From an uncultured Acidobacteriota bacterium (GTDB taxonomy: Bacteria > Acidobacteriota > Thermoanaerobaculia > Gp7-AA8), in assembly GCA_963741955.1 (NCBI GenBank), contig CAVUKB010000005.1, positions 1,344,001 to 1,408,000 of the forward strand: 64,000 nt of DNA, given 5' to 3'. Under the pieces are notes generated by a model. It searched no databases, was not told where the DNA came from, and worked only from the letters and a program-made list of their open reading frames with translations. Shown here piece by piece: positions 30,541-41,255 of this stretch. Within the stretch, counting starts at the first letter, position 1; the number at the start of each line of letters is the position of its first letter. A program made the position numbers and the translations under genes.

Positions 30541-30590
30541 CGCCGGGAGTGCCGGCGTCGATCTCGTTCAACTGCGAGCAGGAGTCGAGG

Positions 30591-32876
30591 TCAATTGTGG
30601 TGGCGCTCCACCTTCCCCGAAGAAGAAGAAGAGGAGGAGGAGGAGGAAGATCGGGACGGCGGTGGAGACGAGGATCTCGGCGCCGACGGCTGAACGCGGC
30701 TCGGAGCCGGGCTGCTCGACGGCCGCTCTACCCGTACCGGACGCGAAGGCTCGGAACGCGGCGCCGAGGGACGAACCCGGGGAGGTGCGACGGGAGTGAT
30801 GCGAATTCCCCCGATTCCCTCGATCACCCGACGTGGCACGTCGTTCGCCCGGGGGGTGTCTCCGCCATTCGAGCTGCCCGGCCGTTCACGTTGGATCGAT
30901 CGCGGAGGAACGTACGATCCACCGTCGTTCGCGTCGTCGATAGGACGGGGAACGTAACGATCTCCTGAACCCTGGCGCCAGGAAGGTCCCGCTGCGCCGC
31001 TGTTACCCGACTCGTCGCGGGGATTCTGGCGCACCGCACGGGTGCGCCAGTCGCGTTCCACCGGATCCTCGTCGACGCTGTCCGGTTTCACCGGGTCCGT
31101 GATACGCCGGATCTCACTGTTCGGAGACGGCCGTTCGGTGGACGAGGGAGCCTGTCGCTGGATTCGCTCCTCTCGCCAGTTCTGGTTCGGTGTGGCCTGC
31201 GGGCGCGGTGCCGGAGTCGGTCGGGTGACCGTCTCCGGGCGCGGCGTGCCAGGTCGCGGCTCGTTCACCGAGCGAGTCGGAGTCGCAGGTGATGCCGGCC
31301 GGGAGCTCGGAGTGGCCGCTCCTGATCCGGTCGTTCCTCGGCGGATGACCCGCTCGGTGCCACGATCAACGGCCGGCTTCGGTACCGCCACGGAGGGATC
31401 ACTCGTCGTGGCAGCAGCTCCGGCGGGCCGTCGGATCCGCTCAGGCGTGCTCGCCGGACCGACCCCACCGTCAGCTCGGGGCTCCGCCATCGGTCGGGTG
31501 ATCCGCTCCCGAAGAGCCGACGAAAGCTCGGGATCGCGCCGGATGAACGAAGTTACATCCGGAGCGGATCCCGAGCCCTCTGTGCCGGTACCACTTCCGA
31601 TACCCCGCCGAACGATGTGATCGATCGCCGTGGTCGGATCCTTCAATTCGTTTCGACTCAGACGGAATGGCGAATTGGAGACCAGCGCACTCGCTCCGTC
31701 TCTGTGGAGACGTCCGCGCACTGCGTCGGTAGTCAACGCAACCTGATCGACGCGCCTCGAGACCAGCGTGTCGGGATTGACGAATGTCCACTGATTGAGG
31801 TCGAGATTCCCCACATCGACACGGCCGTAGAATCCGACACCGAAACGGGACGGACGCGAAACCGACACGGTCGTGCCATAAAGCCAGCCGTAATACGGGC
31901 GGTAGCAGTCATACCATCCGGACGGGATCCATCCGACGTATCCGGGTCCATACATCCAGTACACCCATGCAGGTGAGTATTCATAACCGGGAAGCCAGAC
32001 CCACCCGTACATGGGGGTGAAAGCCCATCGTCCGTAGTGGTAGGGAACCCAACCCCACGGTTCCCACGATTCCCAGACCAGACATCCGGAGAGGCCGTAC
32101 ATCCACTGACCGCTGTAGTAGGGGCGCCAGCCGACCGAGACGTAAGGTCTCCAGACCCAGCTGCTGTAGTCGCTCACGTAGACCCAGTTGCCGTAGGAAT
32201 CGAGCTCACTCTCCGCGTAAGCGAGGTCGCCGCGAAGGTACTTGCCGGCGCTCCGGTCGTACCGTTCGGCGCGTCTGAGGTACCACTGCTCGAAATCGCT
32301 GATGCCGACGCTCGCCAGGGTGCGGGTACGGTAAATCCCGCTGTCGTCGAGCGCAACCTGCTCACCCTCGCCCAGGCGCGTGGTTCCGGAGGGAGTTCTC
32401 ACTTCAACCGATCCGGCATGCACCGAAACGAGATCGTTCCCGCGGCCATCCGTGTCGACGGAATAGATGCCGTAGCGCGAGCTCAGATAACTGGCGGAGT
32501 TCGTATCGAGGCGAAGCGCAGAACTGTCCCGGTCGACCCGGTGAACCATGATCCGGCCGTACACGAGTTGAACCACCGTCTGCTCGGACGCTCCGTCGTA
32601 ACTATCCAGAATCGACCGGAGCTGGAGGTCGGTGCTGCGGTCGAGGGCGATCACGTTGCCGTCGGCGAGGCGGACCTCGGCGCGGCCGTCGCGCGCGGTG
32701 CGTATTTCATCGCCCGGAAAAACCGGCATGTTCACGCGCGCACTGATCTGTCTTCCGTCGTTCTGGACGACGACGGTGCCGTCTTCCTGGTACGTGACGT
32801 ACGACTGATCACGGCCTTCCGCGAGAACCGGCAGCGCAATCATCGAAATGAGAAGGGGGAGGAGGATTCTTCGCAT
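30591..32876 (-). CDS. Exported FecR-domain/DUF6600-like protein with disordered Pro/Arg/Ser-rich tail
   Basis: Signal peptide; FecR-like GDEIRTARDGRAEVRLADG; W/G/Y/P repeats (GWRPYYSGQW, PWGWVPYHYGRW, YSPAWVYW). RBS AGGAGA. Confidence 0.85.
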   Translation of the reverse strand: MRRILLPLLISMIALPVLAEGRDQSYVTYQEDGTVVVQNDGRQISARVNMPVFPGDEIRTARDGRAEVRLADGNVIALDRSTDLQLRSILDSYDGASEQTVVQLVYGRIMVHRVDRDSSALRLDTNSASYLSSRYGIYSVDTDGRGNDLVSVHAGSVEVRTPSGTTRLGEGEQVALDDSGIYRTRTLASVGISDFEQWYLRRAERYDRSAGKYLRGDLAYAESELDSYGNWVYVSDYSSWVWRPYVSVGWRPYYSGQWMYGLSGCLVWESWEPWGWVPYHYGRWAFTPMYGWVWLPGYEYSPAWVYWMYGPGYVGWIPSGWYDCYRPYYGWLYGTTVSVSRPSRFGVGFYGRVDVGNLDLNQWTFVNPDTLVSRRVDQVALTTDAVRGRLHRDGASALVSNSPFRLSRNELKDPTTAIDHIVRRGIGSGTGTEGSGSAPDVTSFIRRDPELSSALRERITRPMAEPRADGGVGPASTPERIRRPAGAAATTSDPSVAVPKPAVDRGTERVIRRGTTGSGAATPSSRPASPATPTRSVNEPRPGTPRPETVTRPTPAPRPQATPNQNWREERIQRQAPSSTERPSPNSEIRRITDPVKPDSVDEDPVERDWRTRAVRQNPRDESGNSGAAGPSWRQGSGDRYVPRPIDDANDGGSYVPPRSIQRERPGSSNGGDTPRANDVPRRVIEGIGGIRITPVAPPRVRPSAPRSEPSRPVRVERPSSSPAPSRVQPSAPRSSSPPPSRSSSSSSSSSSSGKVERHHN
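30619..30650 (-). repeat. (TCC/TCT)n trinucleotide tract encoding poly-Ser
   Basis: GAAGAAGAAGAAGAGGAGGAGGAGGAGGAAGA on the + strand, inside the CDS 3' end. Confidence 0.7.
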
Positions 32877-32907
32877 CGGCGTTCTCCTGTTTCCGGACGA
32901 CCTCTAC

Positions 32908-32923
32908 TGCGGACCACATGCCA
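32908..32923 (-). promoter_or_regulatory. Putative sigma54 promoter of the FecR/DUF6600 gene
   Basis: TGGCATGTGGTCCGCA (GG-N10-GC) with an AT-rich TAAGT...ACTT tract just upstream. Confidence 0.4.
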
Positions 32924-33106
32924 CGGATCGCGAATTACAAGTGGTTCATACAGAGTTACTTACACCGGGAACTGGCGGCGTTGACGCCTGCCTCTGTCCT
33001 CTCGGGAAGACTGGCTGTCCACTCGAGGTGTCATCGCGACTGCAACTGATCTGCTGACAATAACTTCGTCGCGGGCCCGAATGTTTCCCGATCCTCGAGG
33101 GCCCCT

Positions 33107-33853
33107 TCAGGTCCCGGCAGTGAGACGCTCCGCCAGCAGCCGTGGAAGTCCGGCGTCCACGATCGAACGTTGTGTCGCGTTGACGTCGTACGGGACCCTG
33201 AAAAACTGAATCGTGGCACGCGCCGAGTCGTGAATCAGACACGACGCCAGAGGGATCCGATCCCGCGGCTGCCCCACCGACCCCGGGTTGATCACGTATT
33301 GGTTCGCCGGATCGAGCCGAAATGTCATCGACGATCGGGCCGGCGTTGCATGGACATCTCCCCGCGGCGTGATCTCGAAGACGACTCCGATATGCGTGTG
33401 ACCGAAGAAGATGATCGGCGGCTCCGGGAAGGCTTCTTTGAGTGAGCCGATATCCCTCGTGCTGAAGAGGTACTCGTCTTCGTCGGCCGGGCTGCCATGG
33501 CAGAAGAGAATGCCGGAATCGTCGGTCACCGGCCCCACGGTCAGATTCCGCAGAAAGATCTGGTTAGGACGGCTCAACTTCCCACGTGTCCAGAGTGCTG
33601 CCGTTCGGGCGGGCTGGTTGAAGTCGAGCCCTTCGTCGAAACCCGCAGCGACGCGATCGTGGTTTCCGCGAATGTAGAGCTTCGCCGCACGGTGGGTGCG
33701 CATCCGATCGAGCACCTGGTTCGGCTGTGCTCCGTATCCGACGAAGTCGCCCAGGCAGACGATCCGGTCGGTCCGTTTCCTCCGCACGTGTGCGAGGACG
33801 GCACGCAGCGCGCCTGCGTTCGAATGCAGATCACTGACGACCAGAGTTCTCAT
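33107..33853 (-). CDS. Metallophosphoesterase family protein
   Basis: SDLHSN, LGDFVGYG, RGNHD, CHGSP, FGHTH, NPGSVGQPRD. Confidence 0.93.
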   Translation of the reverse strand: MRTLVVSDLHSNAGALRAVLAHVRRKRTDRIVCLGDFVGYGAQPNQVLDRMRTHRAAKLYIRGNHDRVAAGFDEGLDFNQPARTAALWTRGKLSRPNQIFLRNLTVGPVTDDSGILFCHGSPADEDEYLFSTRDIGSLKEAFPEPPIIFFGHTHIGVVFEITPRGDVHATPARSSMTFRLDPANQYVINPGSVGQPRDRIPLASCLIHDSARATIQFFRVPYDVNATQRSIVDAGLPRLLAERLTAGT

Positions 33854-34386
33854 GAGATTCCAGAAGCGGGATTTGCCCGGTTCGATCGCTCCGCAGGAAG
33901 CTGCAGGAGTATCCGCTCCACGATCTCGGCAGGCAGCTCCGTTTCGCGAATCTCGACCGTCATGTCCGCAGATTTGTAGTAGCGGAGCCGCTGCTGGTAG
34001 AGATCGAGCGCGGCGAGATCGTCCCGGAACATCGGACGTTCAGCTGCTTTGGTCGAGATCCGCCCGAGGAGGAGATGAAACGGGGCGGAGAGAAAGATCG
34101 AGACACCCTCCGACCTTATCAGATCGATGTTTTCATCGAAAGTGAAGGTACCTCCCCCCGTTGCGATCACCGCATCCTGAAGGTAGCGCGTCATCTGGAG
34201 CAGATCCCGTTCACGTTTGCGAAAATGCGGTTCGCCACGGGCACCGAAAATCTCCTTGATGGACATCCTTTCCGCGGCCTCGACGAGCTCGTCGAGATCG
34301 AAGAAGGGAATTCCGAGACGATCGGCAAGAAGCCGGCCCACCGTCGTCTTACCGCATCCCATGAACCCGACGAGATAGAGCTTCAT
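33850..34386 (-). CDS. aroK: Shikimate kinase
   Basis: GFMGCGKTTVG, DLDE, GEPHFR, ATGGG, ERP. Confidence 0.95.
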   Translation of the reverse strand: MKLYLVGFMGCGKTTVGRLLADRLGIPFFDLDELVEAAERMSIKEIFGARGEPHFRKRERDLLQMTRYLQDAVIATGGGTFTFDENIDLIRSEGVSIFLSAPFHLLLGRISTKAAERPMFRDDLAALDLYQQRLRYYKSADMTVEIRETELPAEIVERILLQLPAERSNRANPASGIS

Positions 34387-35021
34387 CGGCTCACCCCCGC
34401 GGCATCGAGGATTCGGTGCGCGTTCACATGGACGGATCCCTCCTCGGCGTAGAGGGCGGAGACGACCGCACAGCTGTCCGCGCCGGCATCGAGGACGGAA
34501 CGAATGTTCGATGCATCGATTCCACCGATTGCGACGACCGGTTTGGCGGTTGTGGCTCGTATGCGTCGGATCGCTTCCAGCCCCAGTGGGGGTCGCACGT
34601 TCTTGGTATTCGAAATGAAGATCGGGCCGATCGCCACGTAGTCCACGTCCGGGTCCGAAGCGACCGCGATCGCCTCGTCTTCCGAGTGTGTTGATCGGCC
34701 GATGATCAGAAGACGCTCGCCGGCGACGCTTCTCGCGATAGAAGGCGGGATGTCGAACTCGCCGAGGTGCACTCCATCCGCTCCCGTCGCAAGCGCGATG
34801 TCCGTCCTGTCATTCACGAAAAATGCGACACGGGCCGGGAGTGTGGTCGCGATGGAGCGAGCGATCTCGAACAACTGATCGTCGGGACGATTCTTTTCCC
34901 GCAGTTGGATCCATCGAACGCCGGCGCTGACGAGTTCCGCAACCACGTCCGCGGCATCCCGGCCGGCTCCGGTCGGGGTCAGGGCATACAGCGGCGGAAC
35001 GGCAGCTCGGAGAAGGCGCAA
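34383..35021 (-). CDS. thiE: Thiamine phosphate synthase
   Basis: IQLREK, VNDRTD, GVHLG, GRSTHS, DYVAIGPIF, TK, AIGGI. Start uncertain (TTG 35021; ORF extends to 35087). Confidence 0.9.
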   Translation of the reverse strand: MRLLRAAVPPLYALTPTGAGRDAADVVAELVSAGVRWIQLREKNRPDDQLFEIARSIATTLPARVAFFVNDRTDIALATGADGVHLGEFDIPPSIARSVAGERLLIIGRSTHSEDEAIAVASDPDVDYVAIGPIFISNTKNVRPPLGLEAIRRIRATTAKPVVAIGGIDASNIRSVLDAGADSCAVVSALYAEEGSVHVNAHRILDAAGVSR

Positions 35022-35025
35022 GGGT

Positions 35026-36360
35026 TCACCGCGAGAACTCTTCCATGAAGCGGGTCGAGAACTCGCCTCGCCGGAATCGCTCGTCATTGAGGATCGCCAG
35101 GTGCAGTGGGATCGAGGTCTTCACTCCCTCGATGATGAACAGCTCCAGTGCTCTGCGTCCCCTCTCGATCGCTTCCGCTCGATCTTTCCCGTGGACGACG
35201 AGTTTCGCGATCATGGAGTCGTAGTGCGGCGGAATCACGTAATCACGATACGCGGCCGTATCCACTCGAACCCCCGGGCCACCAGGTGCATGGAACGTGG
35301 TGATTTTCCCGGGATTCGGGGCGAACGTCACCGGGTCTTCTGCGTTCACCCGGAATTCGATCGCATGACCGCGAAAGCGGGAGGCATGTTTGTGAAAGGA
35401 GAGCGGCTCGCCGGCGGCGACCCGGATCTGCTCTTTCACCAGATCCGTGCTGGTCACCGCCTCCGTCACCGGGTGCTCGACCTGAATCCGGGTGTTCATC
35501 TCCATGAAGTAGAACTGATCTCCCTCCACGAGAAACTCGATCGTTCCCGCGTTGACGTACGAGACCGCTTCCGCGACCTTGACTGCGGCGTCGCCCATCC
35601 GCTGCCGTAATGCTTCAGTCATCACCGGCGAGGGAGATTCCTCGAGTAGCTTCTGATGCCGGCGTTGGATGGAGCACTCGCGCTCGCCGAGGTGAATCAC
35701 TCTACCCTGCGTGTCACCGAAGATCTGGAACTCGATGTGTCGAGGACGCTGAAGGTACTTCTCCAGGTAGACATCGGCGACTCCGAACGCCCGCTCGGCT
35801 TCGCTTCGTGCCGTCTCGAACGCTGATTGGAGCTCCTTCTCGTCCCAGCAGATCCTCATCCCGCGGCCGCCGCCCCCGGCGGATGCCTTCAGAATGACCG
35901 GAAACCCGATCTCTTTCGCGATGTCGGTGGCATCGGCGATCGTCGCCACCGGGCCGTCACTCCCCGGAAGAACCGGAACGCCGGCCTCCTTCGCCGTCTC
36001 GCGGGCTTTGGCCTTGTCTCCCATCAGTCGGATCGCTTCGGGAGTCGGACCGATGAACGCGAGCTGACATTCTCGGAGTATCTCGGCGAAGTGGTGGTTT
36101 TCCGCAAGAAAACCGTAGCCGGGATGAACGGCATCCGCTCCGGTGATCTCCGCCGCGGCCACGATGGCAGAGATGTTCAGGTAACTCTGCCGGGAGGGAG
36201 CGGGACCGATGCAGACGTCGTCATCGGCGTAGCGCACGTGAAGTGCTTCGCGATCGGCTTCGGAGTGGACGGCAACCGTCCTGATCCCGAGCTCCTTGCA
36301 AGCCAGAATGATGCGAAGCGCAATCTCTCCGCGGTTCGCGATGAGAATCTTCGAGAACAT
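35026..36360 (-). CDS. accC: Acetyl-CoA carboxylase biotin carboxylase subunit
   Basis: [52 protein letters not shown]. Confidence 0.97.
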   Translation of the reverse strand: MFSKILIANRGEIALRIILACKELGIRTVAVHSEADREALHVRYADDDVCIGPAPSRQSYLNISAIVAAAEITGADAVHPGYGFLAENHHFAEILRECQLAFIGPTPEAIRLMGDKAKARETAKEAGVPVLPGSDGPVATIADATDIAKEIGFPVILKASAGGGGRGMRICWDEKELQSAFETARSEAERAFGVADVYLEKYLQRPRHIEFQIFGDTQGRVIHLGERECSIQRRHQKLLEESPSPVMTEALRQRMGDAAVKVAEAVSYVNAGTIEFLVEGDQFYFMEMNTRIQVEHPVTEAVTSTDLVKEQIRVAAGEPLSFHKHASRFRGHAIEFRVNAEDPVTFAPNPGKITTFHAPGGPGVRVDTAAYRDYVIPPHYDSMIAKLVVHGKDRAEAIERGRRALELFIIEGVKTSIPLHLAILNDERFRRGEFSTRFMEEFSR

Positions 36361-36394
36361 GATCGATGTGTTGGTTGAAGCCTGCGACCTTACG

Positions 36395-36892
<498 letters not shown>

Positions 36893-36894
36893 GG

Positions 36895-37248
36895 TCAGCT
36901 CAACTCGTCCTGCAGATCGAATCTGGCTTTGCGCAACTCGAACCGCGCGCGGCCGAAATTTCCGTCGGGGGAAAGTATCATCAAAATGAAATAGTCGGAA
37001 GTCACGGCCGAAAAAAGCGCGAGGTGACGGTCGGTCGCCAGCGTGAACTGCCTCAGATCTCCGCTGTCGAGCTCGTTGATCGACAGCTGCAACGACTTGA
37101 CGAAGGCGCCCAGCTCCGCACTCCATGTCTCGAGGCTCACCCCCTCGCCACCGACGGTCTCGACGGCGATTCCATCGAGGCCCAGAAGAGAAACTGCGAG
37201 AGTGCCATCCACGCGGCGGAAGACACCTTCGAGCGTCTCCTTAAACAC
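36895..37248 (-). CDS. Roadblock/LC7 family protein, MglB/MglC-like
   Basis: About 117 aa; VSLLGLDGIAVE and DGNFGRARFELRK roadblock pattern. GTG 37248 or ATG 37260. Confidence 0.8.
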   Translation of the reverse strand: MFKETLEGVFRRVDGTLAVSLLGLDGIAVETVGGEGVSLETWSAELGAFVKSLQLSINELDSGDLRQFTLATDRHLALFSAVTSDYFILMILSPDGNFGRARFELRKARFDLQDELS

Positions 37249-38440
37249 GCCGCGCCTCATCCCGCACCCGCGCCAGCCACCGTTCCAGACGATCCACCTT
37301 CTCGCGCCGTTCCTGATCCCCGAGAGCGGCTGGCGCGTCCGGGAGCGAGTCGAGCTTCCGGCGAACCTCCGCGTTCTCACCATCCCTTTCGAGAATCCTC
37401 GTGTAAATCTCGCGTGCGGCGCCGACATGACCTTGCCGGGCATAAAGATCCCCGAGTGTGACGGTCACCGTCGGCTCGCCGTGGCCTGGCTCCGCCGCGT
37501 CTTCGAAGGGTGATCCTGAGGCTTGACCGCCGGTCGCCGTGGAACCCCGCTCCTCCTCGAAAGGCGCGCGCTGAGGCTCTTCGTCTCCTTCCTCCTGGTA
37601 GACCGGTACCTGTCCCGCGAGTGTCGGGTGAAATGGCGGCTCTTCAGGCTCGGGCTCCGCTGCGACCCAGGGGGAGGCCTGATGCGACGTCTCGGCTCCC
37701 GGCGACTCTTCGAAAGACGAGAGGGCGGCGACATCCTCCCGCTCGTCCTCTCCAGCCGGCTCGAACGGATTCGATTCAGTGAAATCCGGTGCCTCGTCCG
37801 CCTCTGTTGACTCGTCGGCGTCGGAACGGGTGGCGCCCCAGTCGGCGAAAGGCGTCTCGGGTTCGAGATGCCCCTCCGTTGAGGAACCGGGCGCCGACAA
37901 CTTCGTCTCGGACGCTCTGCCGGTTTCATTCGGAGGCGGGACCTCCGCTTCCTCCCGCGCACGAGCTTCGTCCGTCTGGATCTCTCCCGAGTCGCCCTCA
38001 TCGGCGACGGAGACGGTCATCGGATGGAGCTCTCTCTCCAGCCGTCCGATGATTTCTTCGATCGAGTCGTCCCCGGGCATCAAGGCGTAGACGAGCTTGT
38101 ACTTCTTGATCGCCTCGAGAGCATTGCCGGTACCAAGATGCGCCTCCGCGAGGAGCTTCGCCGCGACGACGTTCCCGGGATCGAGCGAGAGTGCCCGCTC
38201 GAGGACCGTCACTGCTTCCGTGAAATTCTTCCGGTCTTTCAGGACGCGCCCGAAGCTGACCCAGGCGGAGAGATAGTTCGCATGGATGGTCAGTCCCTCG
38301 CGCAGGACCTTCTCCGCCTCCTCGACCCGCCCGATTTTCCGAAGCTCCTCCGCGAGAGGATAGAAAAGCCTCGACTTCGGATCCGCAGCCAGGCGGGCCC
38401 GCAGTTCTTCGATTCGGGGAGAAGTCGGTGAGTCAGGCAT
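37241..38440 (-). CDS. Tetratricopeptide repeat protein with acidic linker
   Basis: DPKSRLFYPLAEELRK N-terminal TPRs, long Glu/Pro-rich linker, C-terminal TVTLGDLYARQGH TPR and LERWL. Confidence 0.85.
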   Translation of the reverse strand: MPDSPTSPRIEELRARLAADPKSRLFYPLAEELRKIGRVEEAEKVLREGLTIHANYLSAWVSFGRVLKDRKNFTEAVTVLERALSLDPGNVVAAKLLAEAHLGTGNALEAIKKYKLVYALMPGDDSIEEIIGRLERELHPMTVSVADEGDSGEIQTDEARAREEAEVPPPNETGRASETKLSAPGSSTEGHLEPETPFADWGATRSDADESTEADEAPDFTESNPFEPAGEDEREDVAALSSFEESPGAETSHQASPWVAAEPEPEEPPFHPTLAGQVPVYQEEGDEEPQRAPFEEERGSTATGGQASGSPFEDAAEPGHGEPTVTVTLGDLYARQGHVGAAREIYTRILERDGENAEVRRKLDSLPDAPAALGDQERREKVDRLERWLARVRDEARRV

Positions 38441-38509
38441 CGGAGTCCTATTCTAGAACATGTTCGAATACTGCCGGGCACCGTTTCCGCGCTCGGCAGG
38501 AACCCGGCC

Positions 38510-38544
38510 AAAGATGAACGACCGCCCTCGAGGGGCGGTCGTTC
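38510..38544 (-). terminator. Hairpin terminator after the pilQ-Ig lipoprotein operon
   Basis: GAACGACCGCCC-N5-GGGCGGTCGTTC 12-bp stem; ATCTTT follows on the - strand. Confidence 0.6.
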
Positions 38545-38581
38545 TCATGGCTATCGATGTTCACGCGTACTCTCGCGGTAC

Positions 38582-40549
38582 TTAGACCCCGGTCCCGGTG
38601 AGAGCGATCGTCGGTTGTGTCGCAGCATTCGATCCGAACGTCACCGTCCCGGTTTTCGCACCCGTGCTGGACGGGGTGAACGTGACCGTGAAGGGTCCGG
38701 CACTCGTCCCCGGAGCAACGGTGATCGGGAATGCACTCGGCGCCGTGACCGAGAAGTCCCCTCCCGCTGCTGCCGAACTGATGATCAGATTCGTGCTTCC
38801 GGGATTGGAGACGGTGAACGTCTGAGTCGGCGATGGGCTCGTTCCGACCGCGACATCACCGAAGCTGATCGCCGTTGTGCTCGGCACGAGGGACGGCGCA
38901 ACCCGGCACGAAGTATCCGTGGGGTTGACGGTGATTGCGCCGGTAAGCTGGTCCGTACATCCCGTCGTCGTGTTCTCGAACGCGACGTCGAGGTCCGTCG
39001 GCACGTACTGATTTCCGCTGAGCCCACTCGTACTGGTACAGGTCTGTTCCGAGAAGGTCACGTTCGTCGGAAGCGTCACCGGGAAGGTCGCGAGATTCCC
39101 GCTGATCGTGGGAGCCCCGGGGATGATCGTCTTCCCGCCGATCGTGAACCGCACATTTCCTGGCAACCCGTTCGCCACCGTAATCGAGATCACCGATCCC
39201 GGCGTGGCCGAGGTCGGTACGACGTTGGTGATCGAAGGCTTGAGGGCCCGATACGTGAACTTCGGCGCCGGCGGGGGTGACGTCGCGCCGTCCTCGACGT
39301 TCGTCACCACCACATCTCCTGCAAAGTCCGAACAGCCCTGGGTCAGTAGCGGTGAAGTGACTGCGACGATCTCGGTACCCGACACCCGAATGGGCTGGGC
39401 TGCAACTCCGCCGATACTCACCGCGACCGGATCGTCGAATCCCCAGCCGCTGATCTTGACTTGTGTTCCGCCGCCGATCGGACCTTCCGTCGGCCCTACC
39501 GCGGTGATCTGCATGGCCGGACCGTAGCGGAACGCGTTCGCGACCACCACGTCCTTGTTCGTGTTGACGTTGAGGATCCGTATGGCGACCTGTTTGTCGC
39601 GCAGTTGGGTCGCCAGGCCTAGTGCGGGAGGCGTCATCGCGATGATCTGCCCGAAATTCACCTGAATGACCTGGACTTCGACCTGATCGGTGAGTGATCC
39701 ACCCGCGCTTCCCCCGGTTCCGAAGAACACTTTCGTCGGCGCCTGGAAGCCTTCACCGACAATCGAGATCCGCGTGTTCCCCTCGTTCGGTCCCGTTGAC
39801 GGACTGACGCTGTAGACCACCGGCGTCAGAACCTGCAGAACGTAACTGAAGTTGGTCGACGAGGTCGCTCTCGCTTCATTCGAGGTTCCGGCCTGCGAGA
39901 TGACGATGATAGGGACATCCCGCTTCTGTTCGGAGGCGCCGAGATCGACCTTCGGAGCAACTGCCTGGATCTGAGTCGAAGTCACCGAGACTACGGTGGC
40001 CTCCTTGTCGCCGAAGAGGACCCGGACTGGAGCGACGAAGTTGGTTCCCTGGATCGTCACGACCACTCCCCCCTCGGGGTTGCTCGTGGCTGGAGCGAAC
40101 GACGTGATCGTCACTCCGGACGGCCCACCACCTTCGAGTTTGAACTTCACCGTCACGTTCTTGGAGATGTTATTCACCCGCGCCGTAACTACTGCGTCTC
40201 CGGCATCTGCCGAGGTCAGAGTTGCCGTCGCAGCTCCTCCCACCGTCGTCTTGATGACCGTGGTCGTACCGCTGCTGGTGAATGTTCCGAGAGTGGTCGA
40301 GAATTCGACTGCCGTACCGTCCGGTACCGCCGCGCCGTTCTGGGTGACCATCGCGGTGACGTTCGTCGTCGACGACACGAGCGGTGTCGCGTTCGACACC
40401 GTGAGCGTGATGCTCGCTGCCGTCGGCGGTGGCGTTCCGCCACCGGGAGGATTGCCACGCGGCTCGGTGGGGGACTCCGCTTTACATGCGGCGAAAACCA
40501 CGAGCGCAGCCGCCAGCGCCACTGTTACTGTCCAACGAGTGCTTTTCAT
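38582..40549 (-). CDS. Lipoprotein with Big_1-like Ig domain, tandem IPT/TIG domains and C-terminal ASH/choice-of-anchor-D-like domain
   Basis: Lipobox FAA|C; VPDGTAVEFSTTLG; repeated ITS/YSVSP..GP..G.T...I.G..F; ISFGDVAVG...VSNPG...VTFTPSSTGAKTGTV. Confidence 0.85.
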   Translation of the reverse strand: MKSTRWTVTVALAAALVVFAACKAESPTEPRGNPPGGGTPPPTAASITLTVSNATPLVSSTTNVTAMVTQNGAAVPDGTAVEFSTTLGTFTSSGTTTVIKTTVGGAATATLTSADAGDAVVTARVNNISKNVTVKFKLEGGGPSGVTITSFAPATSNPEGGVVVTIQGTNFVAPVRVLFGDKEATVVSVTSTQIQAVAPKVDLGASEQKRDVPIIVISQAGTSNEARATSSTNFSYVLQVLTPVVYSVSPSTGPNEGNTRISIVGEGFQAPTKVFFGTGGSAGGSLTDQVEVQVIQVNFGQIIAMTPPALGLATQLRDKQVAIRILNVNTNKDVVVANAFRYGPAMQITAVGPTEGPIGGGTQVKISGWGFDDPVAVSIGGVAAQPIRVSGTEIVAVTSPLLTQGCSDFAGDVVVTNVEDGATSPPPAPKFTYRALKPSITNVVPTSATPGSVISITVANGLPGNVRFTIGGKTIIPGAPTISGNLATFPVTLPTNVTFSEQTCTSTSGLSGNQYVPTDLDVAFENTTTGCTDQLTGAITVNPTDTSCRVAPSLVPSTTAISFGDVAVGTSPSPTQTFTVSNPGSTNLIISSAAAGGDFSVTAPSAFPITVAPGTSAGPFTVTFTPSSTGAKTGTVTFGSNAATQPTIALTGTGV

Positions 40550-40617
40550 CTTCACCCCCATCATCCTCCCCGCCGGCCGCGTCTCCTCGGAGCAATCGCG
40601 TTCCGGCGAATCGCCCT

Positions 40618-41184
40618 CTATTGACTGCATCCGGCGCAGAACCAGAGAGGAATCCGCACGCGCGCCGAGACGTCCTCGCCCGCGAGAGTCTCGCCGAAAA
40701 TGTCCACGATCGCATCCATCTTCACAAGCGACTGCCCCGTCTCCGGATCGACCCCTCCCGCACTCGCATAGAGAGCCGCGAAAGGAGCCTGAATCAAGGC
40801 ACCCGGTTGCACCAGAACGAAGTCATCGAGAGCCGTCCCGCTTCCGTTCACCGGAACCAGTCCCGAGGTCGTTCGGGTGAACGGCTCGGGTACGAGCGTC
40901 CCGCCATCGGTACGCTGGTAAGAGACGCGGTAACTCTTCAACTTCACGTCCATGAAGGTCGGGTCTGCGTCGGTACGCTTCGAGATCGCTCTGACTTCGA
41001 TGGTGCCGATGTTGGCCGTAGGCAGATTCAGAAGATCGATCACGCTGACGTTCTGCTGTGCCGTGGCAATCAACTCGACCGGCGAGTTCGTCTTATTGAT
41101 CTCGCTGCAGCCCAGAACCGGGAGCAGCGCGAGAACGATCACGCACACTCTGAAACGCTTGCTCAAACTGATTGTCACCCCCAT
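40618..41184 (-). CDS. Hypothetical lipoprotein
   Basis: Lipobox VLG|C; beta-rich (YRVSYQRTDG; IFGETLAG); lies between pilQ and the IPT protein. Confidence 0.75.
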   Translation of the reverse strand: MGVTISLSKRFRVCVIVLALLPVLGCSEINKTNSPVELIATAQQNVSVIDLLNLPTANIGTIEVRAISKRTDADPTFMDVKLKSYRVSYQRTDGGTLVPEPFTRTTSGLVPVNGSGTALDDFVLVQPGALIQAPFAALYASAGGVDPETGQSLVKMDAIVDIFGETLAGEDVSARVRIPLWFCAGCSQ

Positions 41185-41255
41185 CTCACCATCTCCTCGC
41201 CCGCAGGTGCCTTTCCGGGCAACCTCGTCTTTCTTCTCGTCCCTCATCCGCTTCA

